From a virus, in IMG/VR virus record IMGVR_UViG_3300027831_000001, positions 3,952 through 67,951 of that record: a stretch of DNA of 64,000 nucleotides, one strand, 5' to 3'. The translations under genes and the position numbers were made by a program. A model generated the notes under the pieces. The model saw only the letters and a program-made list of their open reading frames with translations, searched no databases and had not been told where the DNA came from. Within the stretch, counting starts at the first letter, position 1. Every line of letters begins with the position of its first letter. Of this stretch, positions 35,555 to 45,093 are shown piece by piece.

Positions 35555-36144
35555 CCCCAGTCGATCCCTTGCTGCTCATACGCGTTGACGTACCAGCGGG
35601 GCAGCGTCGTGGGGTCGATGCGAGCGTGATCACCGTCCGGCGAATACTGGATCGTGACGCCCAGCGCGTCGGCCAGATCGCCCACGACCTCGGCCGAGCT
35701 CATGACCGGCCAACCCCCGAGCGAGCTCGCCACGATGTCGAGGAGCTTCGTCTCTCGCTCCTCCCACGGCCCGCGGAGCTCCGCCAAGGTCTGGCAGAGC
35801 CGATGCACCAAGCCGGCCGTGGGTGCATTGCGGTCGTGCGGCAGGCCATCGAGGTAGCGCTGGGCCATGGCTCGGATCCGCTTGTTCTCGGCCAGCAACA
35901 GTCGTCGGCCCTGCCGCTCTTCGTCTGGCTCGCGCGGGTTTTCGAGCGCGATCCAGGAGTCCTGCTCGGCCCGGGCCCGCATCGCTTCAGCGTGCTCCAG
36001 GCTCTCGTGCAGCGCTTGGATCTCGTCCAGCAGCACCGCCGCGCATGCTCGAGCGGCGGTCAGCTTCTCGCGCAGGTCCGCCACGTCGTCGGCGTCGTGC
36101 GGCTCCGTGGCCTTGATGATCTCTGCCGCCTGATCCGTGTTCAT
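35551..36144 (-). CDS. Hypothetical protein
   Basis: Class B promoter; shared CTAG stop. Confidence 0.65.
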   Translation of the reverse strand: MNTDQAAEIIKATEPHDADDVADLREKLTAARACAAVLLDEIQALHESLEHAEAMRARAEQDSWIALENPREPDEERQGRRLLLAENKRIRAMAQRYLDGLPHDRNAPTAGLVHRLCQTLAELRGPWEERETKLLDIVASSLGGWPVMSSAEVVGDLADALGVTIQYSPDGDHARIDPTTLPRWYVNAYEQQGIDWG

Positions 36145-36162
36145 GCGGCACACCTAGCACGT

Positions 36163-36882
36163 CTAGCCCAGGCCCGGCAGCCCCAGCGTCACGCCCGACG
36201 GCACGCCCACCATGGCCTCCGCGCGCGCGAGGTGTGGCCGTGCCCGGTCCTGCGCAGCCTGCCAGACCTCGCGCTCCAGCTCGGCGCCGACGAAGCGCCG
36301 GCCCTCCAGGATGGCCGCGATCCCGGTCGTGCCCTCGCCGGCATGGGTGTCCAGCACCAGGTCGCCGGGGCGGCTGTAGTCCCGCACGATGGCCCTCATG
36401 ACCCCCAACGGCTTGCCCCCGCGCCGTGGGCTCCGCTCGTCGCCGGGCCGACGCACGTAGGCACCGGGGTTCGACCAGCCGCCTAGCCAGGCCTTGGCCT
36501 TGGGGCGCGAGGCGATCAGGTAGCAGGCCCAGGACGCCGGGCCGTCGCCTTGCTGCCTGACCGTCATACCCATGTCGACGATGGGCACCGGGGCGAACAC
36601 GTACCGGCCCGCGCGCTCTAGGGCCGCGCTCCAAACCGGCGCCAAGATGTGGCAGGTGATCGAACAGAACCACCCGCACACGCGGGGAGACCAGTGCTCC
36701 ACGTGCTCGTCCACCATCGCGGGCGTCATCGCCTCGTAGCCCAGCGACCCGCTCACCTCCAGGCCATCGTTCCCGTCGTGCACCTTGGCCGAGTAGGGCG
36801 CATCGAAGATCGCTGCGTCGACATCCTGGATGTCGGCCAAGGCGGTCTGCCATGGGCCGTGGCGTAGGTCGAAGATCGCCAC
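36163..36882 (-). CDS. DNA methyltransferase-like protein with variant motifs
   Basis: FDAPY (for DPPY), KP and PGDLVLDTHAGEGTT. Confidence 0.8.
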   Translation of the reverse strand: MAIFDLRHGPWQTALADIQDVDAAIFDAPYSAKVHDGNDGLEVSGSLGYEAMTPAMVDEHVEHWSPRVCGWFCSITCHILAPVWSAALERAGRYVFAPVPIVDMGMTVRQQGDGPASWACYLIASRPKAKAWLGGWSNPGAYVRRPGDERSPRRGGKPLGVMRAIVRDYSRPGDLVLDTHAGEGTTGIAAILEGRRFVGAELEREVWQAAQDRARPHLARAEAMVGVPSGVTLGLPGLG

Positions 36883-37074
36883 CTAGCGGTACTCCACGGG
36901 CACGAGACGATCGGCCTCTCCGTCCATGTCGCAGGCCGTCCGGCGCAGCGCTGCTCGGCGCTCGCGGTCCTGCTCGTCGTCAGCCTGCCGGTGCAACGCC
37001 TCGGCCCGACGGGCGAGCGCGCGTGCTTCGTCCACGGTGGCGAAGTTGAAGGGCGGGCGCTGGTCGTGGCTCAT
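36883..37074 (-). CDS. Hypothetical protein (MSHDQRPP...)
   Basis: ATGA coupling. Confidence 0.55.
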   Translation of the reverse strand: MSHDQRPPFNFATVDEARALARRAEALHRQADDEQDRERRAALRRTACDMDGEADRLVPVEYR

Positions 37075-37271
37075 GTCGTCGCGTCCTCGCGCGCTCGCCC
37101 GACGGCGTGCCCCCGCTTCCATGCGCGCAGGCACGGCGGGTGCCACATGCCGACGCCGGGCGCCCCCATCGTGAAGGCCTCTTCGTCCTCGACCCCCTCG
37201 GTGCGCAGGTCCATCAAGCCAAGGCAGCCGCAACAAGAGTCGGCGGGTTCGTGCTCATGCGCGACCATCAC
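37071..37271 (-). CDS. Small Cys/His protein
   Basis: CCGC...HPPC; overlap coupling. Confidence 0.55.
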   Translation of the reverse strand: MMVAHEHEPADSCCGCLGLMDLRTEGVEDEEAFTMGAPGVGMWHPPCLRAWKRGHAVGRAREDATT

Positions 37272-37474
37272 TCACCCCCGATCCCGCTCGGAAGCGGGGC
37301 CAGCACGGCCAGCACCACACGAGCCGGTGCCATGTTGGCCGCGCCCGGCGGCGTCGTGATGTACAACTCGCCTTCATGGCTGAGCCACACCTCAGCCCGC
37401 CCGTCCGTGGCGAGCCTGACCACGTTTGCGCCCTGGCCCTTTGCCCACTTCCACCCGCGGGGAAGCCGGTACAT
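37268..37474 (-). CDS. Hypothetical protein
   Basis: TGATG coupling to the ERF gene. Confidence 0.6.
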   Translation of the reverse strand: MYRLPRGWKWAKGQGANVVRLATDGRAEVWLSHEGELYITTPPGAANMAPARVVLAVLAPLPSGIGGE

Positions 37475-38472
37475 CAGGCACCCCCGGCGGCTTGCTGCCG
37501 CATCGCCAGGGCCTCGCGGAGCTGCGACGCTGCCAGCCTGTACTGCTCAGCTGTGCCGGTCGTCTGGGGAAACTGGCCCGGCTCCACACCGATCGCTCGC
37601 TCACTCACCCCCCTGACCTCGGCGCGGAAAGTATCCAGTGTCGTGCGGGGCGGGTTCTCGCCGTTGGCCCGCCGGTAGTCCTCGGCTCGCCAGTTCATCA
37701 GTGCCTGGCCGGCCGCGAGCCAGTGCGCGTGCGCTTCCGTGGTCTCCAGATCCGCCGCGGGCTTGGTCTTGCCTCTCTTGGCGGGTACCGGCTCAGGCGT
37801 AGAGACCGCGGGTTGCGTCTTGGTCTCGCGCGGCGGGTCCAGTAGGCGGCGGGCCGCGGCGGTCATGGCCTGTACCTGCGCGTCCGTGGGTTGGTCGTCG
37901 TACACGACGCCCGCGGCCTCGCGGATCTCCGCGTGGGCCTTGGCCGTCGTGATCCGCTGAGTTTGCGCGTAGGCGTCCCGTGCGGCCTCGTAGGCCTCCC
38001 AGAGCGGATCGGCCTTGGGCTCAGGCTCCCGATCCGGTCGGCGGTCGTGTCCTCGCGGTGCCTTGCTGGCCGCGTTGCCGTCGTCATCATCGTCGTCGGG
38101 ACACACGGCGAGCGTGGCCGAGAGGCTGTAGCGGCGCGCGTAGGTGAAGGCCGATCCGATCTGCTGCGCCGTGGCGTTGCGGGCCAGCGGGATCGTGACC
38201 TTGCCGCTGCGGTATTCGTGCCCCTTCCAGAGCAGGACCGTCTCCACCACGCACTCCACGGCCGACTCGGTGATCACCGTGTGGGCCTCTTGCGGGTACG
38301 CGAACTCTTGTTCGTTCAGCGCGTCCTCGCAGGCGTCGCACACCGCGGCGAGCGTGGCGTATCGCGACTTGAATGCCGGGTTATTTCTATCTTTGCTCGC
38401 TCGCTTTACCTTTGCGAAGACGCGCGCGAGCGCGTCGTGGAACTCGGCCTTGCTTGGTGGTACCGTGCTCAT
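37474..38472 (-). CDS. erf: ERF-family single-strand annealing protein
   Basis: K...NPAFKSRYATL, QQIGSAFTYARRYSL and DDDGN. Confidence 0.9.
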   Translation of the reverse strand: MSTVPPSKAEFHDALARVFAKVKRASKDRNNPAFKSRYATLAAVCDACEDALNEQEFAYPQEAHTVITESAVECVVETVLLWKGHEYRSGKVTIPLARNATAQQIGSAFTYARRYSLSATLAVCPDDDDDDGNAASKAPRGHDRRPDREPEPKADPLWEAYEAARDAYAQTQRITTAKAHAEIREAAGVVYDDQPTDAQVQAMTAAARRLLDPPRETKTQPAVSTPEPVPAKRGKTKPAADLETTEAHAHWLAAGQALMNWRAEDYRRANGENPPRTTLDTFRAEVRGVSERAIGVEPGQFPQTTGTAEQYRLAASQLREALAMRQQAAGGA

Positions 38473-38504
38473 GCCAACACATCTAGCACGGCCGTCTGCC
38501 GGGG

Positions 38505-39455
38505 TCAACCGACCTTCACGTGGCACCGGCGGACGAGCGAGACCCCGGGGGGCGAGGGCTTCCAGCGCAGGACGTCAAGCCCGGGCCGCGGCTCGATCGA
38601 CAAGCCGGCCTCATCAAGCGGTGCGCCGATCTGACCCGGGGCCAAGGCGAGCCTCCACGCCCAGCCGCCGTGCGCCGGCTCCCGGCTCATCCACACGCGC
38701 CCGTGCCCCTCCACGTCGTACCGCCCCGCGCAAGGCGGCTCACCCTCCCGGTACCCGAGCAGCATGTCCGCGCCCGCGGCCTTGCGGTCGATCTCCACGC
38801 GAGCCGGCGTGATCTTCTCGGGCACTACGCGTTGCCACGCGGGCGGCAGGACCTGGACGTCGAAGCCCTCGCCGGTCTCCACCGCCGTGGAGCGCCGGAC
38901 CGACAGCGTGAACGTACCCACGGTGGCCTTGGACTTCCCGGGCGCCAGGGTCTCCAGGAGCGTTAGGGCGTGACCCTCGGCCCACTGGCGCCGCTTGGCC
39001 AGCCGTTGCTCCACGCCGGCCAGGCGCTCGCGCTCGCGCACCACCGCGGCCTCCTGGTCGTCCAGCCATCGCAGGTAGCGGGCCACGTGCTCGGCGGCAT
39101 CGCGGGCCGAGACGTCGCGCGCCGCTTCGGCGGCCTCGGTCTCATCCGTGACCTCGCCCGCGTGTTGGAGGTACAGGGCATCCACATGGTCTACGGCCTC
39201 GCCGTGGACGTGCAGAGCTTGGCCCACGGCGGAGCGGGGGCGAGCGTTGGCGCGGGCCTGTAGTGTGCGGTTGTCGGTCGTGGGCTTGGCCGCGGGTCGG
39301 CCGTGGAGATCGTCATGGTCTTGGCGTGACATGGCTCGTGCCTCGTGTCTCTTGCATGTGTGGCGGCGCGCGATCAAGGCCCCGCGCGCGTAGGTACTCC
39401 AGTGGCGGGTGGCCGATTCGGGGCACCCGGGCTCGTCGCACCTGACGGTGGTCAT
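38505..39455 (-). CDS. Siphovirus gp157/Gam-like protein with extra domains
   Basis: Coiled coil, then K..VGTFTLSVRRS.AVE, LP..W and IDRK; adjacent to ERF. Confidence 0.7.
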   Translation of the reverse strand: MTTVRCDEPGCPESATRHWSTYARGALIARRHTCKRHEARAMSRQDHDDLHGRPAAKPTTDNRTLQARANARPRSAVGQALHVHGEAVDHVDALYLQHAGEVTDETEAAEAARDVSARDAAEHVARYLRWLDDQEAAVVRERERLAGVEQRLAKRRQWAEGHALTLLETLAPGKSKATVGTFTLSVRRSTAVETGEGFDVQVLPPAWQRVVPEKITPARVEIDRKAAGADMLLGYREGEPPCAGRYDVEGHGRVWMSREPAHGGWAWRLALAPGQIGAPLDEAGLSIEPRPGLDVLRWKPSPPGVSLVRRCHVKVG

Positions 39456-40162
39456 CGTGAGGTCTCCACGTGGTATGAAATGCACCACGTCCAAGGGTGG
39501 TCGGCCCAGGCCGCACCGGGGCGCTTGCCGTTGATTTGGTCCCACAAGCCGGCGAAGCCCCACCGGTGTGTGGAGCCGCTGGCCTGCGCCACGCCCTCGG
39601 CTCGCGCGTCTTCTTCGGTGATGGCCTGCACCCGCTGGACCCGTACATCATCGATCACGAGAGTGAGCCGCGAGGCCCAGCGGGGCATGTGGATCCCACG
39701 GCGCTCGCGTCCCCACTGGTCGCCGAACGACCCGCAGAGCAGGGCGCCGTGGGTCGTGTGGCCGTCCGCCGGGTACCGCAGCGGTGCCCACGGCTCCGGG
39801 TAGCCGGCATCCAGCGCCGCCTGGCCGATGGCCGTGGGGCTCTTGTCGTCCAGTTTGATCCCGGTCTGCCAGGCCTCGCGCACAACCAGGCGATCGCCGG
39901 GCACGCCGTACGGGCAGGCGGCCGCGTAGCTCTTGCCGCTCTTGCTGTAGCTCGGGCCGTGGTACGGCGGCGCCTCGCGGTCCAGCACGACCCACGCGCC
40001 CGACGGGCACGACCATCCCCAGCTCGCCGGGTCATCCTCTTGGCCCCGGCCGCCGATGAAGTCTGGCCAAGGCTGCACGACCCGGCGCGTCTGGGTCTTG
40101 CGGCCCTCCAGGCTCGCGACCACCAAGGGGCCGCGCATGAGGATCGGGCGCTCGCGGGTCAT
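39452..40162 (-). CDS. ASCH/PUA-like phage protein
   Basis: ERPILM...GRKTQTRR, CPYG.PGDRL.VRE, IHMPRWASRL and ITEEDARAEG. Confidence 0.85.
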   Translation of the reverse strand: MTRERPILMRGPLVVASLEGRKTQTRRVVQPWPDFIGGRGQEDDPASWGWSCPSGAWVVLDREAPPYHGPSYSKSGKSYAAACPYGVPGDRLVVREAWQTGIKLDDKSPTAIGQAALDAGYPEPWAPLRYPADGHTTHGALLCGSFGDQWGRERRGIHMPRWASRLTLVIDDVRVQRVQAITEEDARAEGVAQASGSTHRWGFAGLWDQINGKRPGAAWADHPWTWCISYHVETSR

Positions 40163-40179
40163 CGCGTCACCTCGCTCGG

Positions 40180-40671
40180 CTACTGCTGCCAGGGGAGGGA
40201 GGCCCATTCGGGAGAGGCGAGCATCGCACGCGTCTCCGCTTCGACGTCCACGGGCTCCCGAAACGCCGCTCGCCAGCGACTATGGAGCACGCGCGTAGCC
40301 AGCCATTGCAACCCGCAGAGCGAGCCCGCACGGACCGCGCTTTCGGGCGCAATGCCCGACATCAGAGCGGCACGCTCCGCGCAGGCGTTGTAATCCGAGA
40401 GCCACGCCCTGAACCGCCGCATCCTCACTCTCGCCTTGGCGTGGCACATGGCGATGCCGAAGGTGAGCGCCGGAGTCGTCCGGCTGGGTGTCCACAGCCA
40501 CGTGCCGCCGTTGGGCCCCTTCGCTTCCACAAAGTGCGTGCCTGCGGCGAGCACCGGCGCGATGTGAATGGCGTCGCCGCGGCGATCCAAGAATACCACG
40601 AGTTCGCCCGCGCGTGGCCAAGGCTTGCTCTTGAGGCACTCGGGCCCCGGCCAGATCGGTTTCGTGCTCAT
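40180..40671 (-). CDS. Hypothetical protein
   Basis: Class B promoter; ATGAGCAC start. Confidence 0.65.
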   Translation of the reverse strand: MSTKPIWPGPECLKSKPWPRAGELVVFLDRRGDAIHIAPVLAAGTHFVEAKGPNGGTWLWTPSRTTPALTFGIAMCHAKARVRMRRFRAWLSDYNACAERAALMSGIAPESAVRAGSLCGLQWLATRVLHSRWRAAFREPVDVEAETRAMLASPEWASLPWQQ

Positions 40672-40717
40672 GCCGGCTATGTAGCACAGCTCGCCGGTGC
40701 CGTGCTAGCATATTCGC

Positions 40718-41680
40718 GTGAGTGCCCACGACGATCTACTGACCGAAGCGCAGGCCGCCGCCCTGGTGGGCTGGACGCCGGCCAACATCCGCAGTCATCG
40801 CGAGCGCTGGGCCGCGGGCGTCCTGGCCGAGAGCCTTTCGGCCCAGCAGCGGCGCGACGTCTTGGCCGTGCGCCGCGGCGAGCTCCACGGCGCCCAGGGT
40901 GTCGTGGTGCTCGAGCCCGTCTCGCTGCGAGGCCTGCGGCTCGTCCGGGAGGTCGACGTGCCGGGCCCGGGCGACCTGCTGTTTCCGGCATGGGAGCTGA
41001 CCTCCCTGGGCCTGGAGGTCGCGCGCCGGCTCCACCGAGGCCAGCGGGGCCAAGAGCCGCCGCCGCACTGCCTGACCGCGCAGGGGATCCGCTACCGCCG
41101 GGCCGACGTCGTGGCCTGGCTCTCGCGCCGGGCCGACGTGCGCGAAGCCGACCGGATCATCGCCACCACGATCCCGACCGTCGACGCCGCGGCCGTGCTG
41201 GGTCTCGCCCCGACGACGCTCCGATCCCTTCGCAGCCGTGCCCTGCGCGCCCAGGCCAGGATCGACGCCGGACGAGCTCGCCCCGACGATCCGGCGATCG
41301 CCAGCGCGTGCCCCCGGGGCCAGCGCGTCGGAGGCCAGTACCGCTACCGCCGGGCCGACCTGGATCGGTGGCTCGCCGATCATGGTCGCGCCCGTGGCCC
41401 CGACCCCCTCGAGGAGCCGCTGCCCGCGAAGCCGGGCCGGCTACTCACTGACCAGCAGGCGGCCAAGCTCATGGGCCTCGCAGCCTCGTGCCTGCCCGGC
41501 TACCGGTCGCGCGCCCGCAAAGCCCTGCGCTGGCTCGCCCAGCACCCCGAAGCCAGCGGCGACGAGCTCGACCGCCAGCGACGACGCGCCCGCGCGTGCC
41601 CGCCCCACGTGGTGACCCGTGGACGTCGGCGCTACCGGCTGGAGACCGTGCGGGCCTGGGTAGTTGCTCGTAACGCCTGA
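40718..41680 (+). CDS. DNA-binding protein with three tandem Xis/MerR-like winged HTH domains
   Basis: Three LT..QAA..LG....L...R and RYR..D...W units. Confidence 0.8.
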   Translation: MSAHDDLLTEAQAAALVGWTPANIRSHRERWAAGVLAESLSAQQRRDVLAVRRGELHGAQGVVVLEPVSLRGLRLVREVDVPGPGDLLFPAWELTSLGLEVARRLHRGQRGQEPPPHCLTAQGIRYRRADVVAWLSRRADVREADRIIATTIPTVDAAAVLGLAPTTLRSLRSRALRAQARIDAGRARPDDPAIASACPRGQRVGGQYRYRRADLDRWLADHGRARGPDPLEEPLPAKPGRLLTDQQAAKLMGLAASCLPGYRSRARKALRWLAQHPEASGDELDRQRRRARACPPHVVTRGRRRYRLETVRAWVVARNA

Positions 41681-41731
41681 CCGGCCGATTCTACTTGCCT
41701 GGGAATACCCGACGACGTATGGTCCGCCGGC

Positions 41732-41911
41732 ATGGCCGAGATCGTGATCACCCTGCCGGGGTATCGGTGCGAGCGGTGCGGGCACCAATGGGTCGCCCGC
41801 GGTTCGCGTTGTCCGTCTTCTGACACTCGCCCGCGGCTCTGTCCGAAGTGCAAGAGCGCTTGGTGGGACACGCCGCGCCCCGCTCGCGCCGGGAGCACGG
41901 CCGGTGGCTGA
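41732..41911 (+). CDS. 59-aa Zn-ribbon protein
   Basis: CERCGHQW...CPKCKSAWWD; TTGCCT-17 nt-TATGGT promoter. Confidence 0.7.
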   Translation: MAEIVITLPGYRCERCGHQWVARGSRCPSSDTRPRLCPKCKSAWWDTPRPARAGSTAGG

Positions 41912-42878
41912 CGCGCCCGATGCGATCTTTGGCCTTCCGTTGTCACCCGGCGAGCGCTTGGTGCTTGTCCTGCTTTGGCGCTACGCCCCGGCCGGAACCG
42001 AGCGGCCGATCGTGTGGCCCGGCGCCGCGCGCTTGGCCGACGTGACCGGCTTCAGCGAGCGCGCGGTGCGGCGCATGCTGGCCGACCTTCGGCGCGCAGG
42101 TGCGATCGAGCGCTGCACGCGACCGGCCGCCGCGATGGCGAGCGGCAAGGCGTGGCGGTTGAACCCTGACCCGTCGGTCACCCTGACCGAGCGGTCCCCT
42201 GACCCACCGGCCCCCCCTACCGTGACCGACGGGTCACGTTCACCCTGTCCCGTCGGTCACCCTGACCCGTCGGTCACCCTGACCAAGCGGCCCCCCCTAC
42301 CCGGACCGAGCGGCCCTCCCCCCCCTGACCCACCGGTCCGGTTGACCCTGACCGAGCGGCCCCCCAGAAGCCCCATTGAAGCCCCAGAAGAATCCCCAGG
42401 TGAAGCCCCACCGGTGACCGCCGGGTTCGCGCTCCACCCCGCCCCGGTCAAAGCCGCCAACGGCGCACGCGCTCGCGGCAAGCCGCCGACGGGATGCACT
42501 GATCACCAGTGGGCGCAGGTCGCACAGGCCTACGCGGCGATCCGGGAGATCGGGGGCCTCGCGCCTCAGTGGGGGCGGTACCTCGACAACGCGACGAACC
42601 GCGCGATCGTCGGCAGGATCTACCGCGACGGGTACACGGACCAGGATGTCGCGGCGGTGGCCCAGCACATCGGCGAGCGCTTGCGCGATGGCTCCTTCGG
42701 AGATCCCAAGTGGGCAGGGCTCGAATACGTGGCCCGCGCGGTGCGGCGCTACCTGGACGAGATCGCGACCCGACCGACGGCAACGCTTGCGGCCCCACGG
42801 CAACGCACCGCCGCCACTGCGAGCGCCCCTGCCCCGTTGACCTACTACCCCGAACCTGAGGACGACTGCCCCGCATGA
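41904..42878 (+). CDS. Replication initiator (N-terminal winged HTH)
   Basis: LSPGERLVL..L, WPG..RLA..TGFSERAVRR.L..L...G.I; internal direct repeats; precedes a DnaC-like gene. Confidence 0.8.
   Translation: MADAPDAIFGLPLSPGERLVLVLLWRYAPAGTERPIVWPGAARLADVTGFSERAVRRMLADLRRAGAIERCTRPAAAMASGKAWRLNPDPSVTLTERSPDPPAPPTVTDGSRSPCPVGHPDPSVTLTKRPPLPGPSGPPPPDPPVRLTLTERPPRSPIEAPEESPGEAPPVTAGFALHPAPVKAANGARARGKPPTGCTDHQWAQVAQAYAAIREIGGLAPQWGRYLDNATNRAIVGRIYRDGYTDQDVAAVAQHIGERLRDGSFGDPKWAGLEYVARAVRRYLDEIATRPTATLAAPRQRTAATASAPAPLTYYPEPEDDCPA
42163..42365. repeat. Iteron-like repeat cluster (putative origin)
   Basis: Multiple CCCTGACC-N2-3-CGG units; CCCTGACCCGTCGGTCACCCTGACC occurs twice; one inverted copy. 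Confidence 0.75.
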
Positions 42879-44023
42879 GACACGAGATCACCCAGTGGAA
42901 CCGCCGAGCCCGCTATTTGCTGCTGGTGCTCGATACGAAGGCCCCCGATTCGCCGGTGGCCAAGGCGGGAGCACGGCTTCAACGTTGGCGGGAACTACAG
43001 GCCCAACTCGGCCCAGCCGCGCGCGAACTCCGGGCGGTCGCGCACCCGCCGGGGCTCGCCCGCGGTCCAGTGGGCGACGCGGTGTCGAGCCACGAGAGCG
43101 GGTGCCTGGTCCTGTCCTCGCCCGTGGGGGACGGCAAGACCAGCGGCGCGGCGTGGAGGGCCTACCACGCGCGCGGAGCCGTGCTCTGGCTCGACGCCGC
43201 CCGTGTAGGGCAGTGCCGCCAAGAGCAGCAACACACGACGTGGCTAGCACAGTGCCGCACCGCCGACCTGGTGGTGCTGGACGATCTGGGGGCTCCGGGG
43301 TCGTTCGGCCTGTACGAAACGCCCCGCGTGGTCTCGATCCTGACCGCGCTTGCGGCTCGGCCAGAACGTTCGATCGTGACGACGAACCAGACCCGCGAAG
43401 TGTTCCTGCGGATCTACGATGGAATCGCGAAGCCGCGGCCCGGAGAGCCTGCGCAGGCCGAGGGACGGCTGACCGATCGCCTGCGCGCGCGCCCGAATCG
43501 GTGGGTCGACATCCCGCCCGGCGAGGAGAGCCGCCGCGCGCAGGCCGAGCCGCCACCCGATGGACTCCCACCACGGGAGCAACGCGCCCAGGAGTACGTG
43601 CGGGCCGTCGGGGCCCTGACCGACACCGCGCAGGCGTACGTGATGGCCGACGTGGACCATGCGGCGGTGCTGCTCGTGGCTCGCGGTCTGGGCATGCTGG
43701 ACGCCGTCGCCCTTGATGCTCGCGTGGCCGAGCATGAGGCCGGCCGGGCGAGAATCGACGAGTTGATCCAGGGCATCGGGAGCGACATGGACGCGGCCAA
43801 TCGCTGGGCCGAGGTGGTCAAGCCCGCGGCAGACAAGCCGCCCGAAGAGGAACCCGGGGCAGCGCAGCGCCGCCGCGTGGCGCTGCTGGACCTACTGGAC
43901 TACACGGCCAACCAACTAGGTCGCGACCCCGCGGAAGTCCTGGCCGAGCTCGGCCGCACCCGCCGGACCCTCGCACCCGAGGACGAGCCGCGCCTGCTAG
44001 CCCTCGCGCCTGCGGTGTGCTAA
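42875..44023 (+). CDS. DnaC/IstB-like ATPase (helicase loader)
   Basis: SPVGDGKT, LVVLDDLG, IVTTN and R.TDRL. Confidence 0.8.
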   Translation: MRHEITQWNRRARYLLLVLDTKAPDSPVAKAGARLQRWRELQAQLGPAARELRAVAHPPGLARGPVGDAVSSHESGCLVLSSPVGDGKTSGAAWRAYHARGAVLWLDAARVGQCRQEQQHTTWLAQCRTADLVVLDDLGAPGSFGLYETPRVVSILTALAARPERSIVTTNQTREVFLRIYDGIAKPRPGEPAQAEGRLTDRLRARPNRWVDIPPGEESRRAQAEPPPDGLPPREQRAQEYVRAVGALTDTAQAYVMADVDHAAVLLVARGLGMLDAVALDARVAEHEAGRARIDELIQGIGSDMDAANRWAEVVKPAADKPPEEEPGAAQRRRVALLDLLDYTANQLGRDPAEVLAELGRTRRTLAPEDEPRLLALAPAVC

Positions 44024-44032
44024 CGTGGCCGC

Positions 44033-44335
44033 ATGAGCGACGACAAGCCCTTCCACGAGTGCGGCCAGCAAGTCGCGGACGCGACAACCCGCATGGGCGA
44101 GCCGGGCCACGACCCCACGGCCGACTGGTGGTGCGCGACATGCAAGGCCTACCTGGGCGACCAGGAGATCGGGTACCACGATCCGGACGACGTCGCACGA
44201 TGGCTAGAGCAGCGCGACGATCCGCTGTGCGCCCCACTCACGGAGGAGGGGCGGGCGCGCCTCTTGGCTGACTATGACCCGCCCACCGCAGCCCAAGGGG
44301 TGGACGACGAGCAGGGCGAGGATGGGCGCTTCTAG
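44033..44335 (+). CDS. Hypothetical protein
   Basis: Class B promoter (TAGCCC-17 nt-TAACGT). Confidence 0.65.
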   Translation: MSDDKPFHECGQQVADATTRMGEPGHDPTADWWCATCKAYLGDQEIGYHDPDDVARWLEQRDDPLCAPLTEEGRARLLADYDPPTAAQGVDDEQGEDGRF

Positions 44336-44338
44336 GCC

Positions 44339-44722
44339 ATGCGTCTGGTCGTGGAGATCCCAGGCAACCCCTGGGCGGGCGCGATCAACCGCCGCGACCG
44401 AGCCGGGGTGACACGAGGGGGCCGGCTCTTCAACCGCAAGCAACCCGGGTTCAAGGCCTACCAGGCCACGGTGGAGCAATGGGCCCGGCAGGCCGCGCGG
44501 CTCCAGGGCGTGCGGTTCGGCCCCGCGCTGGTCCGGGTCGCGATCGTCCTGGGCGTGCCGGACCGCCGCCGCCGCGACCTGGACGGCCCGATCAAGGCGA
44601 TCCTGGACGGCTGCACGAAGGCCGGGATCTGGGCCGACGACTCGCAGGTGTGGCGGCTCGCGGTGGAGAAGGCGCTGGGCGAGCCCCGGGCCGTGCTGAC
44701 CGTGCGAGCGTGGCAAGGTTGA
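44339..44722 (+). CDS. rusA: RusA-family Holliday junction resolvase
   Basis: PDRRRRDLDG.IKAILD...G.W.DDSQV. Confidence 0.9.
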   Translation: MRLVVEIPGNPWAGAINRRDRAGVTRGGRLFNRKQPGFKAYQATVEQWARQAARLQGVRFGPALVRVAIVLGVPDRRRRDLDGPIKAILDGCTKAGIWADDSQVWRLAVEKALGEPRAVLTVRAWQG

Positions 44723-44754
44723 CCGCTTGGCCGGCATGTGCTAGCTAGGTTGGC

Positions 44755-45093
44755 ATGAGTGCGCTACGCCCGAGCAACGCCGACGTGCGCCGAGCCGTGC
44801 AGGTCGGATGGCGCGGCGTGGAGCTCGGTCTGGACACCGTGCCGGGCGTGGTGCTGGCTGACGTCAGGGCGTCCGGTGACGACGGAGAGCCGTGGACGAG
44901 CCCCACGGCTCTCGTGGTCCATGTGTGGGGCGGAGAGCCAGCGCGAGTCTGGGCACGCATGCTAGAGCACCGGGTCCACGGGTGGACGCTCGTTGCCCAG
45001 GTGTGGCCCGTGTCGCGGTGGGCGCGGCTGCGGGCCTGGTGGCGGTGGGCAACGTGGCCGCTTGTGCGGTGGCTGGATCGGGGGCAGGGATGA
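44755..45093 (+). CDS. Hypothetical protein
   Basis: TTGACC-17 nt-TAGCTA promoter. Confidence 0.65.
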   Translation: MSALRPSNADVRRAVQVGWRGVELGLDTVPGVVLADVRASGDDGEPWTSPTALVVHVWGGEPARVWARMLEHRVHGWTLVAQVWPVSRWARLRAWWRWATWPLVRWLDRGQG

